Source: Trichoplax adhaerens
Taxonomy: Eukaryota; Animalia; Placozoa
Length of the DNA: 64,000 nt
Assembly (NCBI RefSeq): GCF_000150275.1
Contig: NW_002060971.1
Location: forward strand, 165,212 to 229,211
Reading direction: 5' to 3'
A program made the translations under genes and the position numbers. Positions within the stretch are counted from its first letter, which is position 1. The number at the start of each line of letters is the position of its first letter. Shown piece after piece: positions 48,501 through 63,300 of this stretch. Below the pieces are notes generated by a model, which saw only the letters and a program-made list of their open reading frames with translations, was not told where the DNA came from and searched no databases.

Positions 48501-51500
48501 ACGTATGGCTAATGCCCTCATCTTTCTTGGCTTTACGAATCTGAGCCTAGGAGGAAGATTTTATGAAAAAATTTTCTATTAAAATAGAGCTAACCTTAAC
48601 TGCTTAAGAATGAACTAGATATCACAAATAGAGCAGGCATCTTTATTTATGCGCAATATAATCCTATAGCAATGCAAGGATCAGTAGAATCATACCTTAG
48701 CATCATCGGTCAATTTGGACTTATATTTGTCTTCGATTTCTCTAAATATACGTAAGTTTAAAATAGTTTGATATTAGATTAGACGTCAGTGAATGCTTTG
48801 CATATGTTACGTATGCTTAACGCTTACTGAAATAGTTTGACACTTTTTTAATTAAACAGCAATTCTAATCCAAGCTGTTTATTAATTTAGAACGGCTTTA
48901 CAAATGGGATACTATAGATGTGCTAGCCAATGTAATTGAGAAAAATTTTGCTCTTTATCTCTATCATTAATCAAATTTAACTATAGCTCTATATTGGATC
49001 AGATATAAATGAGTGGTATAAGGTAAATTTTATCTAATTCTATACCCTCAAGTGTTATTGAATCTCGTTTATATCATTCCTTAGATTGAAATTTCTGTAT
49101 TAAATCAAATGTTTACCTTGATGTACAAGCTACATATATCATGTTAATATAATTAAGAGTTCCAGTTACTGCTCTATTTAATGATAGATAAGCTATTTCA
49201 TGATAATATACTTAAAAATATTCATTTCTGCTTTATTTAAACTACTCATGAAGGTAGAGTATAATTTACTATCAGCAGAGCCCATATAGGTATGCCAGAT
49301 CGAATAGCTTTTATTAATCAGATAATGTAAGTAACAAACGTAATTAAGTTTTGTATTCCACAGGAATTCAATGCCTTTTCCTTTACCTAACTAGCTTCAA
49401 GCGCCATTCCTTAGTATCATGGAGATACTTTGAACATTTCTCTTTATAATATTCAACATCCAGCCAAAATTGAAATAAACTTTCACCGGTAGTACCACTT
49501 AAATAATTTTTAAATACGCTCATTCCGGACAACTAAATTACCATGATGACAATAAATTAGTGTCTAATAGAGGTGACTGTATGGCTAATCAATATGTTAA
49601 TAATATGAATTTAAACATACCGAGCCCAAAATCTGAACTTTAAGATCATGTAGGCTCATTTTCCATTTGTCGGCTAAACTTTTAATATCGGCTTCAGTCC
49701 TTTGTGTATCCTGTAAACTTTCACTATCTCCTCTAGAGAAATCAATAACACTCCCTTTACTAAATGCTTGATCTCCATCAAGACTATCGTTTTCTTCGTC
49801 GGTAGTTTCAATGTCATCGAAAATTTGATCAAGTTCATCAGTCATATCGATAATGGTATCTCCTTCATCTTGGCCATAAACTTGTTCAAAATCACCATGG
49901 CCGAGTTGTTCATCTTCCTCAGCAATGTGGCCCACACTATCATAGGCTGTAGTTACTATATAAGACAGTACCGGTAATGATATTTTTAAATAGAATTTAT
50001 GATCAAATTCAGTATGGCATTCGTCATAAACTACAAGACTAATATTGCTTATAATTTTGTGAATGCATAAATGCGGTTTAATTGGTACACAATAGTTTAA
50101 CGGTATTCCTTTACATTTATTTTCCCAACTTACATCCTCCTCTAGTTTGACCTTGGCTTCTCCTAGTTTTTGATGGACTATTTGTTAACATTGTACCTAA
50201 ACCAGTATCGGCTGATGTGAATCCGGAAGCTTTAGCATCTGCCGATAGTGGCATACTTTTTTGATATGAACCTGTAATAGAGATGAATCATACAGTATCT
50301 CGAATTACTGGCAATAAAATGCTGAATTTTAGAGGATGAATATTGTTATAGATAGGAAACGGAGAAAGAATAAAGATATAAGTATAGATACTACAAACTG
50401 AAATCTAACTGTAGAGTACTACAGGGTATCATCAAAATCAAATTATATAAGACTCCAATGGTATAGCGAGCAAAACCTATTTTACAGTGTCATCGATCAT
50501 AAAATTCCATGCATTCCTTACACAATTTTATATGCAGGTATAGGCATTGAGAAAATAGAAAAGCTAACTGTAGTCAATGCGAAGATATTATTAAAATCAA
50601 ACTGTGTATGAATACAATGAAAAAGCATCCAGTAAAATCTATATAAAAGTATCGTACTAGAGATGAAATAGAATATTGTCAGAAATAGCAAAAGCAAGTC
50701 TGCATGTTATGTCTTACTATTTCGATTTCCATCTTGCGATTTTCCATTGCCGCTTCCATCATAAGATTGGTCATCTTGAGTTGGATAATTCTGATTTTCA
50801 TCGTAGGTATCACTACTCTTAGTCGAATGCTGGCTATGTTTGGAGTAGGATTTACTTAACATTGGTGGTAAACTAAATGCGCCACTTTTTGGTCTTTTAT
50901 AAACGGGTGGCTGACGGATATCGGATAAGTTAACATCTTGATATTCAGGATCATGTTTTTGACGCGCTTCGATGCTACTCTGGGGCCTTCGTCTTATTGA
51001 TGCCGATGGATGTGCTCTTGCAAATTGCTTATGGACAACTGTAGCAATATCATCGGATCGGCCAGGCGCTGATCCTAAGCGCCTTCGCGTTGTCGAACTA
51101 TATGTTTTGGAAGTAACATTAGATTGACTGCAACTATAACCTCCAAGTCGTCTAGAATTTGCTGAATGTCGTGCTGAAGATCCACGTTTCATATCAATTC
51201 GTTTAATCAATAATTTACATAGTTTATATTCTTGATAGATGCGCGTTCTGTAAAATGAATTGAAATCATTTTATAATTATAATGAATTATGTTTCCATAA
51301 GATTATAACTAATATTATCGTGCATAGAATATTTATAAATTTAGTAGTCGCAATCCTTATTATGTATAACTAAATGACTAGGGTGCTCTATTTAGTGATC
51401 TATTTCAAGTAAATCAGAAAAAGTTTCACTAGAGAGATTCTCTCGTATTCTAATACCTTAAAAAATAAGGCAATCGTTCAACAATGTTCCAGTTAAAAAC

Positions 51501-54039
51501 AGCTTCGCGTCGAGTAACTTTTTTATATGCTGTTGGAATTTCTTGCTGCGAGCCTTTTGTAGCATTACCAATATTTAGAGTAGATTGATTTGGATCTGGC
51601 TTACAAAGTGTTCCGCTCTGATGCTCAAATTGAAGCTTTTGCCCAAATACCTATATAAATTAATTAATTACAAAATAGACATTATAATATCAAGGTGAGA
51701 AGTTGTCATGAAATAGAACTAAAATGAAATAACCGTTACGAGTCGTAAAGTGTATAATTCCATAGTTATTTATTAGATTAAGCTCAGTTTTAAATTTTTA
51801 TTATAGAAGATGAGCAAGAAGATCACCCAACAACAATTTGGGATTTTTAGTACTCAATCAGTGACAGGCTTCAAAGCATCCAATTATATAGATTAGTAAA
51901 GCTATTTAGCTTTCTTAAACTGGGTATACTAGGTATTCAACACTGAAAATGAATTTGCTAATTAGTTGAACTCGAAGTAAAATATTGAAAATTTAAAATT
52001 ATAAACGATAGTTCAGCCATCATATTTGCAAGTAATCCTACACCAATTTATATCAGTTTGAAATAGCATATGATAGTTTAACTGAAGCAGTCAATAGGAA
52101 AGATTTTATTACATTATACAGTTTATGGCTTTTTCTAGGTTAGCTTTTAAACTGTAGGAAAAACCATGTTACTGTTGCACATTTACAATCGTTACTTTTA
52201 GGTGTTATAGATGAATGAATATCATGATCATACAAGCAGCTGGCCGATGCATTGCATCGCTGTTCCAATATAGATACACACCCACATACAGTAATTTTAC
52301 GAAAACTTCTTGTTTTAATAATTTTAAGTAGAATGCTATAAAGTAGAAAACAGGATCTTGCTAGGAAAATTGTTTAGTTTTCATAATAAATCGAAATGTG
52401 ATACTGTAATAGTGTATTAAACTTAAGCTAGAAATATACGCAAGTAGGAAGCTATTCAGATGTTTAACATCTTACTCATGCTGAGCATAATTCTGACCGA
52501 ATAAAAGAGCCATAATAGATTGCGATAGCGAAATATTAGACTAGAGTAAAGTGGTGATTTAAATAACACCATGAAACTTAATTAAAAATTAGATTTAAAT
52601 AATTACCGGTAGTCGCAAGAAAGCATTGTAATAGTCTGCCAGTAATGGATCATCAAGTAACATTTGATGAAAGTTATAAGCAGTAATATCCATGTCTTCC
52701 AGGATCCAAGGAGATTTAGTTAGAAACAGTTATTAAAGAAGAAAAATTAAATGAAATAATTCGATGAGATAAATTGCTATTTCTATCAACCTATATTTTA
52801 TTCTAAATATTACTGCGTTATATATCAAGGCGAAAATTAGGATTAATCTCTTATTCTATTGTATAAATATTTTATGATTATAGAACTAGCTATATTATTC
52901 TTCATTACTATTTTATGTTTATTAAAGCCTATAATTCTATACAATGCTTAAATATATTTTGGCCTTATTTAATAATATTACGACTTGATGTTATGACATT
53001 AAAATAATTTTAGAATTATATTATATAATTTAAAGTAAGGTTAGATCTTGAGAATTTCTTCGAAATAATACTTTACTCAACTATTAAGGGTATAATAGAA
53101 TGTGGAAAGAATGTTAATTTGAATGATGATATCATCTAATCAAAATCTTATTATTTAGCTCAATGGCTAACAACGGCCATGATTATAATTAATGCTATAG
53201 TGAGTTTTCTTAAAATAGTAAATGTAGTATCGTGGCAGTTGAGCATTCTTTCGAAATTAGAAGAATAGATTAGTAAAGACAGTATATTTGAATGAATATC
53301 AAGTGCGGTAAAGTATTGTCTTCGATTTTATGTCAATTAATATATTTAGATCAGTGTTTTCTGAAGAAAGTATGAAGTTAAGCAGCGATTGAATTTTAGA
53401 GGATGCTGGTATGTCAGTTGACTATAAATGCTAAAATTAGCCTTGTGGCTCTTCTTGCTTTTAAGTAAGCAATCGGCAATAAAATATATTAAAAATATTA
53501 AACTTTGTGATATATAGATACGTAGCATCATAGAATATTTCCTGGAGAAGAGTTCTAATGTGCATATAGGAAGTGAGCAAGGAAATTACTGATCGGATAG
53601 AACAAAATCTTGAATGCTAGGGTAAAGAAATAAATGATGGCGTTACCTTTGACCATCCTCATCATTAAGTTATACTGTATAACGATTTGCTTATTATATA
53701 CGTAATTAGATATTTAAATGAAGAAATTATAGGCTAGCGGGATGTACTGGCTAGATATACAATTATACATGTAGTTATAATTGATCACGATTGATTGAAA
53801 AAGCTATTATCATGGCCGTTAAAACCACATTGACCGAGCAGAAAGTATTAAAAAATGGAAAATTTCATCAACTGAGGATAATTTAATCTATAGTTGTAGC
53901 GTTATTTAGCGATATGGAACATAAATATCAAAAACAAGAAGAAAGGATTAAGGTGTTGGCACTATATCCTATTATTTGATTTATAGCAACGCTAGTATCC
54001 ACAAGACTGATCGATAATCTTACCATTATATTTCCCCAT
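42566..54039 (-). CDS. RGS22/RGSL1-like multi-RGS-domain protein; start uncertain (54039, ~53665 or ~52693)
   Basis: N-terminal DITAYNFHQMLLDDPLLADYYNAFLRLP|VFGQKLQF resembles the RGS22-family N-terminus. RGS-like segments: FKNYLSGTTGESLFQFWLDVE; ICSFWKEI; LLLYLDIEVFK; NDLCFWLEIQKYK; ECYLLSQSPPPVQ|VDV. Last exon ends DTDFSL-stop at 42566. Confidence 0.75.
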
Positions 54040-57000
54040 TTTGGAAATTTAATCGTTTGGATGTAGCTGGGTTAGTTATTAGTTATAGGCAAAGTTTAAC
54101 TCCCATGATAATTTTTAACCTGTAGTGAAATGGATGATTAAAAACTCCCATTTTCGACTAAATTAAATAACTAATAATCTATAATAATACCTATATTTTG
54201 ATAGGAGGATATTATTTAATTATTTATGATTCAGTCTTCATTCTGATTAATCTATTTAAAAATATAGAAGGGATTCAATCTCTTCGTCGTCTTCTTTTTT
54301 TTCTTATTGACTAATATGTCTTTAATGATATCTGACTTCGATGATCTAACAGCAACATCTACTTTATCATCATTAGGCAAGGTAAGCTTTATTGGTTACT
54401 ATGGTAACCTTCAACACTGAGATTTATTGCTATGGTAGTTAAAATGAAAGGCTTTATTATTAAATTGATGATTTTAGAATTACAATTATTAAAGCATGTA
54501 TAAAGAATTAATTCTGTTTGTACAATGCAGTAGTGCAAATAATCATTTTAACAATAATCGCTCAATCACTACATTATGATGGCATAGTAAAGTATAGAAT
54601 TGCGGTATTACTATTTATTATTGCAGTAGTTAAATTATAGGAAGGATACTGGTATTATTAGTAAGTCGTTGCTAGAATTCTATAAATTATGCGATAGTCT
54701 ATTTAATGATATATAAGCATACGAAATTTGATATAGAAATTCACATTTAATAAAAATTTGAAAGTTGTGACTAGTTCACTACATTTTATCATTTACTTCT
54801 CACATAAACAAAGTGTATCAAGTAAGGATAACTTTCATTATCATAAGAACTTCTGCATCACTAGAATTGGCACTTTGCTATCATTACCTGAGGGCTTCAT
54901 TATATAAAATAATGATGTGACAGTATGTAGTAATAGTCTACTAGTTATATATTCAAAAGAAGAGAGTTTAAGACAGTCTAGAGGAACTAGAGTGTTCTGT
55001 TAATACGGAGAAAAGAATAAGCTTTACTAAGTGACTGATATTACTTACTTCGATTTATTAGACAATCACCAATTGTTTTAATTTTAAAAACTCTTTTAGT
55101 CCGCATAGCTGAAGTTAAAATATTACTATAACTTAGGTAAATTTGACTTGAATGCCACTACTACAGCTACGAAAAGCCTGCAAACATGATCTACTGTATA
55201 ATATAACAAAGTATTGTTTTCAGAAGGGTAAAATATCATGGGTACATACTGTAGTGATTAAACGTCATCAAACTCAAATATATTTCAATCACGTAAGGCC
55301 AAAATTGACATAGAGATAATTGTTTCCATTATCAAAGCTAACTTTGTTAAGGATAAAATAAGATAAAAACAGTAAATAAGATTGATTTAGATATTGGGAG
55401 CCATCATTACATGATACGGCAGAACAGTAAAACCTAGGCTAAATTGGAAGTTATTCAATCATGCTGCTTTTAATGAATGAGTGAATTTTAAAGACTAAGG
55501 AGACTTAAAAAGTTTCTAATTGAAGAAAGATATTTATGAGATATTTTTTAGGCAATCAATCTCTATTCATATAAATTACGACAGTATGATATGAATCATG
55601 AAATTTAGTTTTTAAAGTTTCTTACTTATAGCGTTTTAGCAAGAAAAAGAAATTGTTACTCAATTCAAGCTGCAATTAAGCATATTAATGCATAAATAAT
55701 AACATTGATTTCATGGTCAGCCTTACAGTATTGTAAGCTGTATAAATAGATACAGCGTAAGATTAATTCGCGTTGCAATTTCATGAATAGATTGATATAA
55801 GTCATTTAAAAGATTTTATTTAACAATGATTAACATCGTAATAGTTAAAGTAATTAGTATTAGATAGTAAACGACAAATAGTTGAAGTTGATATATAAAC
55901 ATGTGAATATTCTCTAGCGTACAATTATTTTTCAGAGATGACTTTGTTTAACAAATAGAATAACGTTTTGTTTGAAAGTTGCATCTACGCTCTATTATAT
56001 ATAGTGACTGTATATTCTAAATTTAAATGTTAATTTTACTATTAAACTTAAAAAAGTATCAATAAGTAGGTCTGATGAATTTATTCACTTAGGAATACAA
56101 GATACAGCAGCAGCTAGAAATGAATTGAGAATTAGAGGTATTTACTGCTATAAGTAGCACGTAAGCTTTTGTAACATTCTCCAATAGGACAACAAATCAA
56201 TGAATTGTCATATACTGTAAATATACCAATGATATGAAAGCATGTTGACAAGCCAGAGTAGTGATCACTGTGATAAAGAAAAATATTTTTGGAGATTATT
56301 AAATAATCAAAAAATTAAATGCTGATTATTCTTATCAATGGAGAATGACAGTTGACTAATTTATCGTTATTTTTGATCGAGAGACAAACAAAATTGTTGT
56401 ACAAAGTTGACATCTGATAAAGGTCATGCAAATTAATTATTATGTTGATATAGCTATTGATCGATTCGCGTCTACAACCCGCAGTAATTTTCCCTGCAAG
56501 AGTTCTCAGTTACCCTAGGTGTAGATGATTGTAGACTTTTGCGAAGTAGTGAAGTAAGACATTTAAATAATTATGGAGCAAAATCATTGCAATGTATTCA
56601 GATTTTCTATCTAGACCATGATTGCTATTCTATTTCAGCATCACGCAGTGACAAGGAGTAAATAATTATAGTGATTGAATACTTTTAGTTATAAATCTGA
56701 TTTTGTGCTGTAGCGATCTTAGAACCTCAGATCAATGATCAGTTACGATATGACACATTAAACTTATATCACCCTAGATCAGGCATCAATATAGAATACC
56801 CATATTACGATAATCTTTAACTTTTTTCTGCAATATCTGTGTGTATTTGAATGACTGCAGGTAGCGAAGTATATCTGTATCTTGAAAGGTTTGATCCTAT
56901 ACTCTACTATTATTACATAAGCAAGGCAATATGTAAATTTATTCCATCCCTGAACTAACGTTTGACAACATTTTCGATCAAGTAGCTCAATAAGTCGGTA

Positions 57001-57256
57001 TATGGGATCTAAATTAACTTTGTATGCGATTAATGGTAAAAGGGGTATCTGATACGCCTACTTTGAGCTCTTAATCAATTGCTGACTGTTGATTCTTTGA
57101 GTTCTAAATAAAGTGTTGGATGTAAAAGGAAGTAGATACGAGCAATGGGGATTTATTCTTTTATTGATCGATGATTGGAAATTATCGTGTATACTGTACA
57201 AGACTATACTGTAAGAAATTGAGGTAAGATATTTATAATTTATTATATAAGATTCT

Positions 57257-58617
57257 TTATTGTGTAGCCATAGTCTTCTTTCCTTTCGTTCGCCCAATGC
57301 GTTTATCTTTTTTCTTCAATCCGACGATGTTTCCTTTTATAACACTAGCATAGGCCTATTAAAATAAGATTGAATTTGTCGAATAACTACCGCTTGCTCA
57401 TTGAACAATAATCAAGACTATTCTAATTGTAATTTCTGAGCTTATCCTTACGAGTTGGAATTTGTTTAATTCTTTAGAAACAATCTGTAAAAATGAATTT
57501 ATTGCCTTGTAAGTTATTGTTTTATACTCGATGTATCAACTAACAAATGTAGGTATTATTTTGCAGTACAGGTATAAAGCTATTCAAGATAGATAGGCAG
57601 TTATCGTATTTACGCAATACTACTACGAAGACTATGAAGATAGTCATCCGTTGAATGGATAAGAAGATATTACTAATTTATTTAAGTTTAGTATGATGGT
57701 CAAGACTCAAGTTTAAGTCGGGGTCTACTTATTTTACATGGACTTACCACATAACTGACTTTCCTTTTCCCATTGGTGGCTCTGATCAGACATTTATTAT
57801 CACCAGTCGATTCATTTTTATCTCCTTTACAACTTTTTGGTTTAGTACGACCATCATCTATGCAAGGATTGATAGAATAAGAATGGATTATGCTTGTAAT
57901 CTCCTATCGGCTAAGAATGATTGCTAGGATTGATGGTTGATATTGATTTCTACTTTCAAAGATTATCTTGAAATTTCCGTCAGCTATCATCGTTTATACT
58001 ACTAATCAGCTATTTTGGTCAATGGCGTCATCAACAACTTCATAGATTGCTTTTCAACTAGTCACTACAATTATTATGTAGAGTAGAACAATTGCATGAT
58101 ATCCTGTCCAGTAGTTAATTACAATATAGTTGTCTGAATACTGTAGGGTTGTATACTACTCGTCTATTGAATGATATGGTGTCCATGACTGAAGTCAATA
58201 TAAACTTTTGCTACAACACGTTGTAGCGATTTCGATTGTGCGTGATTCTGCTGAACTAAAGTGATGATGATTGTATCATAAGCAGGAAAAATACTGGAAC
58301 ACCTGTATTAGGGCTAAGTGATCATCGTACTTGAACTAGATGATGCTGATGTATAAGTTAAATGGAAGCAAGGATAGCCTTGCACTGCTGTTGTCCTACT
58401 AGCTGTTGACTGCATTTTGACATATCCAAATGAATACTTACATCGTTTAATAGTGACAAATAGTGAATTCTTATTTCGTGTCTCTTCGAAAAGTTTGGTT
58501 AATTCACTCAAGAACTAAAGCAATAAAAATAGAGACAAGTGTTATGATCGCTGTCAATGGATTGATTATCAAATGGATTTTTCATCTTACGCTATCGTAG
58601 CTCTTGAGCAGCACCAT
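57257..58617 (-). CDS. SRP14: Signal recognition particle 14 kDa subunit (5 coding exons)
   Basis: MVLLKSYDS|FLSELTKLFEETRNKNSLFVTIKR|YDGRTKP...NKCLIRATNGKRKVS..|..SKELNKFQL|AYASVIKGNIVGLKKKDK. Confidence 0.93.
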
Positions 58618-60365
58618 GTTGGAATCGAGGCTGGTCGTAATAGTAACGGAGATGCTTGTCGCTTGAATAACTGGAGTGAGTTTTGCGGTCAAGCCAAGCT
58701 AATTGTTGATTGCTTCCCTTCTAACCAGTTGCATGGGCTCATGTACGATACACTATCGAGTCGGTGAGTTAGTGATGTCCAGCAGTAGACGCCACTAGAG
58801 TGCATGCGCACTACATACGCTACAAATGGTCTACAGTACACTGTACGTCGTTTACAATACAGTATGTACTGTACTGTACACTTGGCTGAAACAGCCCTAC
58901 TAAAGCAGTTATAGAAGTTCATGGCGAAGACAGTGAAATACTATTTCGGTAGGATTATTTCAGCGAAGTGTATGATGAATTGAGAGCAAAATAAATAAGG
59001 CTACTTTACACTTACTACAGTGCAGTATTTGCCAATGGTGTACATTGTATCTTTCCTATCATTGACTGTTACTAGTCAAGTCAATTTACAGTAGACATAC
59101 AGTACTGTACTGTATGCTTTTGGCTTGAACTGGGTACGGTACGGTATGGTTGAGTACTGTACTGTACGTCTACTGTACTGTACACTGTACATTGTGGACA
59201 GGACTCTGGTCAAATTGTGTATTTCTGTCCTGCTACGTCTTGCCTCCAATGGTCAAGTAAATGTACTACAGTGTACAGGACAGCTAGCAGGACTCTGGTC
59301 AAATTTTGAATAAATAAATGTATTGTATTTTTGTCCTGCAACGTCTTGCTTGCAATGGTCAAGGACACTGTGTGCAGGACAACTAGCACGACTCTGGTCA
59401 AATTATGTATATTTGTCCTGCTACTTCTTGGTTCAAATGGTCAACTACTGTATTCCCAACATTGACCGTACTGTCGTCGGAGAGTACAGTGTACAGTACT
59501 GTACACTGTACACTGTACAGTATGCTTTTGGCTTGAACTGGGTACGGTACGGTATGGCTGAGTACTGTACGTCTACTGTACTGTACACTGTACAGTACAT
59601 TGTGGATAGGACAGCTAGCAGGACTCTGGTCAAATTCTGTATTTTGGTCCTGCTACGTCTTGCCTCCAATGGTCAAGTAAATGTACTACAGTGTACAGGA
59701 CAGCTAGCAGGACTCTGGTCAAATTTTGAATAAATAAATGTATTGTATTTTTGTCCTGCAACGTCTTGCTTGCAATGGTCAAGGACACTGTGTACAGGAC
59801 AGCTAGCACGACTCTGATCAAATTATGTATATTTGTCCTGCTACTTCTTGGTTCAAATGGTCAACTACTGTGTACAGTTGTCGGAGAGTACAGTGTACAG
59901 TACTGTGCACTGTACACTGTACACTGTGTACAGGACAGTGAGCACGACGACTCTGGTCAAATTGTGTGTACAGCAAAGCAGTACGGGTAGTGGACGTACT
60001 GTACCGTACCGTACCGTACCGTACCAGACCCACATCAAGCCAAAAGCATTTACTCTACTGTACCTGTATGGTCGTTGGGCATACAGGTGACTTGCTTGTG
60101 ACTTCTACGCACGCGCATGACACTGCCGACTCCATCATAGTGTTTTGTAATCGAGTGAGAAAAGAACACAGACAGTACTACCCTTCACAACGGTTGGAAA
60201 CCCTACCCTGCCTGATCGCAGCTCTCCCTAGTCTAGTCATACTGTCATTGCAATCGGTGCTAGTTCATAACAGTCGACTTGCCACATCAATAAGGCAATT
60301 TTCGCCATTTTCCTTGCATTGATCCTTGAAATTGGTGAGCAATTGAAGCACTCTTGCCATGAAAA
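58618..60365. promoter_or_regulatory. Head-to-head promoter region (SRP14 / VPS39) with TA-CWG-TA / TA-CSG-TA island
   Basis: Divergent ATGs at 58617(-) and 60366(+); dense motif chains from 58830 to 60070. Confidence 0.75.
59100..59970. repeat. ~420-bp tandem duplication built of ~100-bp subrepeats (GGACAGCTAGCA.GACTCTGGTCAAATT...GTCCTGC..C.TCTTG...AATGGTCAA)
   Basis: ATGCTTTTGGCTTGAACTGGG at 59114 and 59522; twin ORFs 59210/59630 offset by 420. Confidence 0.92.
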
Positions 60366-63300
60366 ATGCCTCATACAGCGTTTGAAAAGGTGTCTGTAGT
60401 GGAGAAACTACCATCCAAGCTAATTATCGAATCTATTTGCACCTACGGTAAGCATAGAATGCTAGTATCAGCAATAAAAATAATAATATGCATTCCTGTA
60501 AGAAAAGCAAGACAGCAAAGCGTAGTGGCAATGGGCTTATGCTTGTCCAGTACGTTAACCAATAGCAAGACGATAGTACAGTATAGTAGTCATCAAGTGA
60601 AAGATGTACAACTTACGATAGCTGTTGTTGATCAAAAATTCAACTTAGCTCCATGTAGCTCTAAAAGAGAAAAATGGATCTATTTCACTTAGCATTGATT
60701 GTAAGCCATTTTTGATTCAATCAACTTGACTTTTAGGGGATTACTTACTGGTAGGAACAAGAGATGGTGTCTTAATATCCTACAATATTACCATGGGCCC
60801 AGGTAAAAATAGTGCAATAGACAATTGATAATAGGAAAGAACAATTTTCCATGTCTACTAGTTGACACTCCATTGCAACATTAAATCAAGCAAAAGTGTC
60901 ATGACTTTCAAGGGTGATAAGTTACCTGCACTGTGCAGTGTGCACCCACTACAATGTACGTTTACGTAGGTAATTTGATTTTCATTTACTATCGGTAAAG
61001 ATCAATCTAGCCCGGATATCAAACTTGTACGAACATTAAAGAATTTCTCTAAGAAACCAATCGTACAGGTAACTAAATTAGCAGTCTATACTATCGTCAC
61101 TGGATAGAGCAAACTATCTTTGTTACAGTATCAATAGCATGATAAAATGTCAATATTTTCCTAACTTATCGAATCCAAAAAAATAATAATGCAATACGCG
61201 TACTATGATAACTACTTGATCGTATTATCATCATCTATCTTATGATAATCTTAGATGGCAGCTATTGAAAGTATAAACCTACTCATTAGTTTATCAGGTA
61301 AGCTTAACAGCCTTAGGATGCCGACCCTCTCAAAGGCTACATGCTATTGATATGTTTTAAACCAGCGTAAATTGATATCAAAGGTAGCGTCAATAGAGCA
61401 TCTCTCTCTTGATATCATCTCTATTCTTATAAAATTAGATTCCACCATTTGCTTGTATGAATTAAAATCCTTGACGTTAATTAATCAAATGGCCAAAACA
61501 AGAGGAGCAACTCTGTTTGCTGTTGATGTTTCAGTAAGTACACCAATGGCAATACATAATTGACAAAAACATTCTTATTAATCAATGACCAATCGATCAA
61601 CTTAATTATTCTTCAATCCACTACTGATCAATATTGTGACGTCGTATAGAAAAACCGAGAGGATGGTAGGTCATCGTTGATTGCGATTGTATCTATACGT
61701 CAGATTATATTGAATTACAGTCCTGTTCAATTAAAATAATTGAATGAATGATAATCATTTCATCAAAAGTTCAATCTTTCACCATCATGTTGACGTTCTA
61801 ATTCAATATTACTTCTAGGAGATCAAATTCGTCTATGTGTTGCCGTCAAGAAAAAATTACAGGTATCAACCTTGATTCGATAATGAATATAGATCCATCA
61901 ACCATGTTATCTTGCAATAATCACTACCTGCTGTATATTAATGATGTAATGCTCTCACTATGATAGATTTACGTTTGGGAAGATGTCAATTTTGTCGAGT
62001 TAGGCCCTGATTTATCTGTGCCAGATACACCTAGGGCTGTCATGTGGTCTAAAAATTACCTTTGGTTAGGTTTTAAAAGGTCTTATTACGTTATCAAGGT
62101 ATACATCAATGGAGAATAAATACTACTCTTATGACTGCTTTACAGTGGTATCAATTTACATATCCAACATGGATAAACCTCTTTCACAATATTTATTGAT
62201 TTATTAATATTTCAGTTGGATAATAACGACATGTTTGAATTATTCGAAATTGGAAAATCTCCAGAGCCTATGATAACTGCGTTGAGAAACGGTATAGTAG
62301 CTGTCCAAAAAGATGATATGACTGTATTTTTAAATTCTGATGGCAAACCGGCAAGAAGTTTCACGATAACATGGAGTGATACACCAGCCAATATAAGTAA
62401 GTTAAGGCCGAAATTAAGATTGCTTGAATTGAAAATTACCAACTGAAATGATGATCATCATCGATTACAAACTTGTACCATTTGCTGTTGCTTTAGCTTA
62501 CACTGCGCCCTATATTATGGGAATATTATCAAGGTGTGTACTGATTTTTGACACATTTTTTTCCCCCATGGTATTGCTGTTTTATTGAAAGCTTTCACTG
62601 TCATCCTTGTAGGTATTTAGAAATTCGACTTGTTGATCCTCCAACATTGGTGCAAAGTATCGAATTCGACAAAGCCAAATTGATAACTTGCGACAAGTAA
62701 GATATCCAAAAATAGTAATCTAAGATTGTTTATGCTGTACACAGTTGTTGTTGAGAATATATTAAATTATACTCGTACTACATCATTTTCTTGTTAGATA
62801 CTGCTATTTAGCTTCACAAAGTTGTGTATGGCGTGTACAACCAGTACGACTAGTTGATCAATTGGAAACTTTAATCAATGTAAAAGAATTCGAACTGGCA
62901 TTAAATCTATTGGTAATGCTCTATTCATACTTTATAAAAAATGTCTGTTGATAATTCCGACTGATGTTTAATACAGTATGTACTTTTTTTAATTGTCAAT
63001 TTCATTGTAGAATGTCAATTCCATAGATGGAGCGCAAAAAGAGCAACAAACACGTCGTATAAAAATCTTATTGGCTTTTGATTTGTTTGCAAAGCATTAT
63101 TTCCAACGGGCCTTTAAATATTTTACTGAACTTAATTTAGGTATTGTTAAACACCCTTTCTGGATGAAAGAACAAGCTGAATATCTTTATATAAATTTCT
63201 TTCCTCACTTTGTGATCATTCTTTATGATTAGATGTTCGTATCATTATTGGATTATTTCCTGGTTTAATGGGGGAAGAACCGTTGACAAATTTCAAATAT

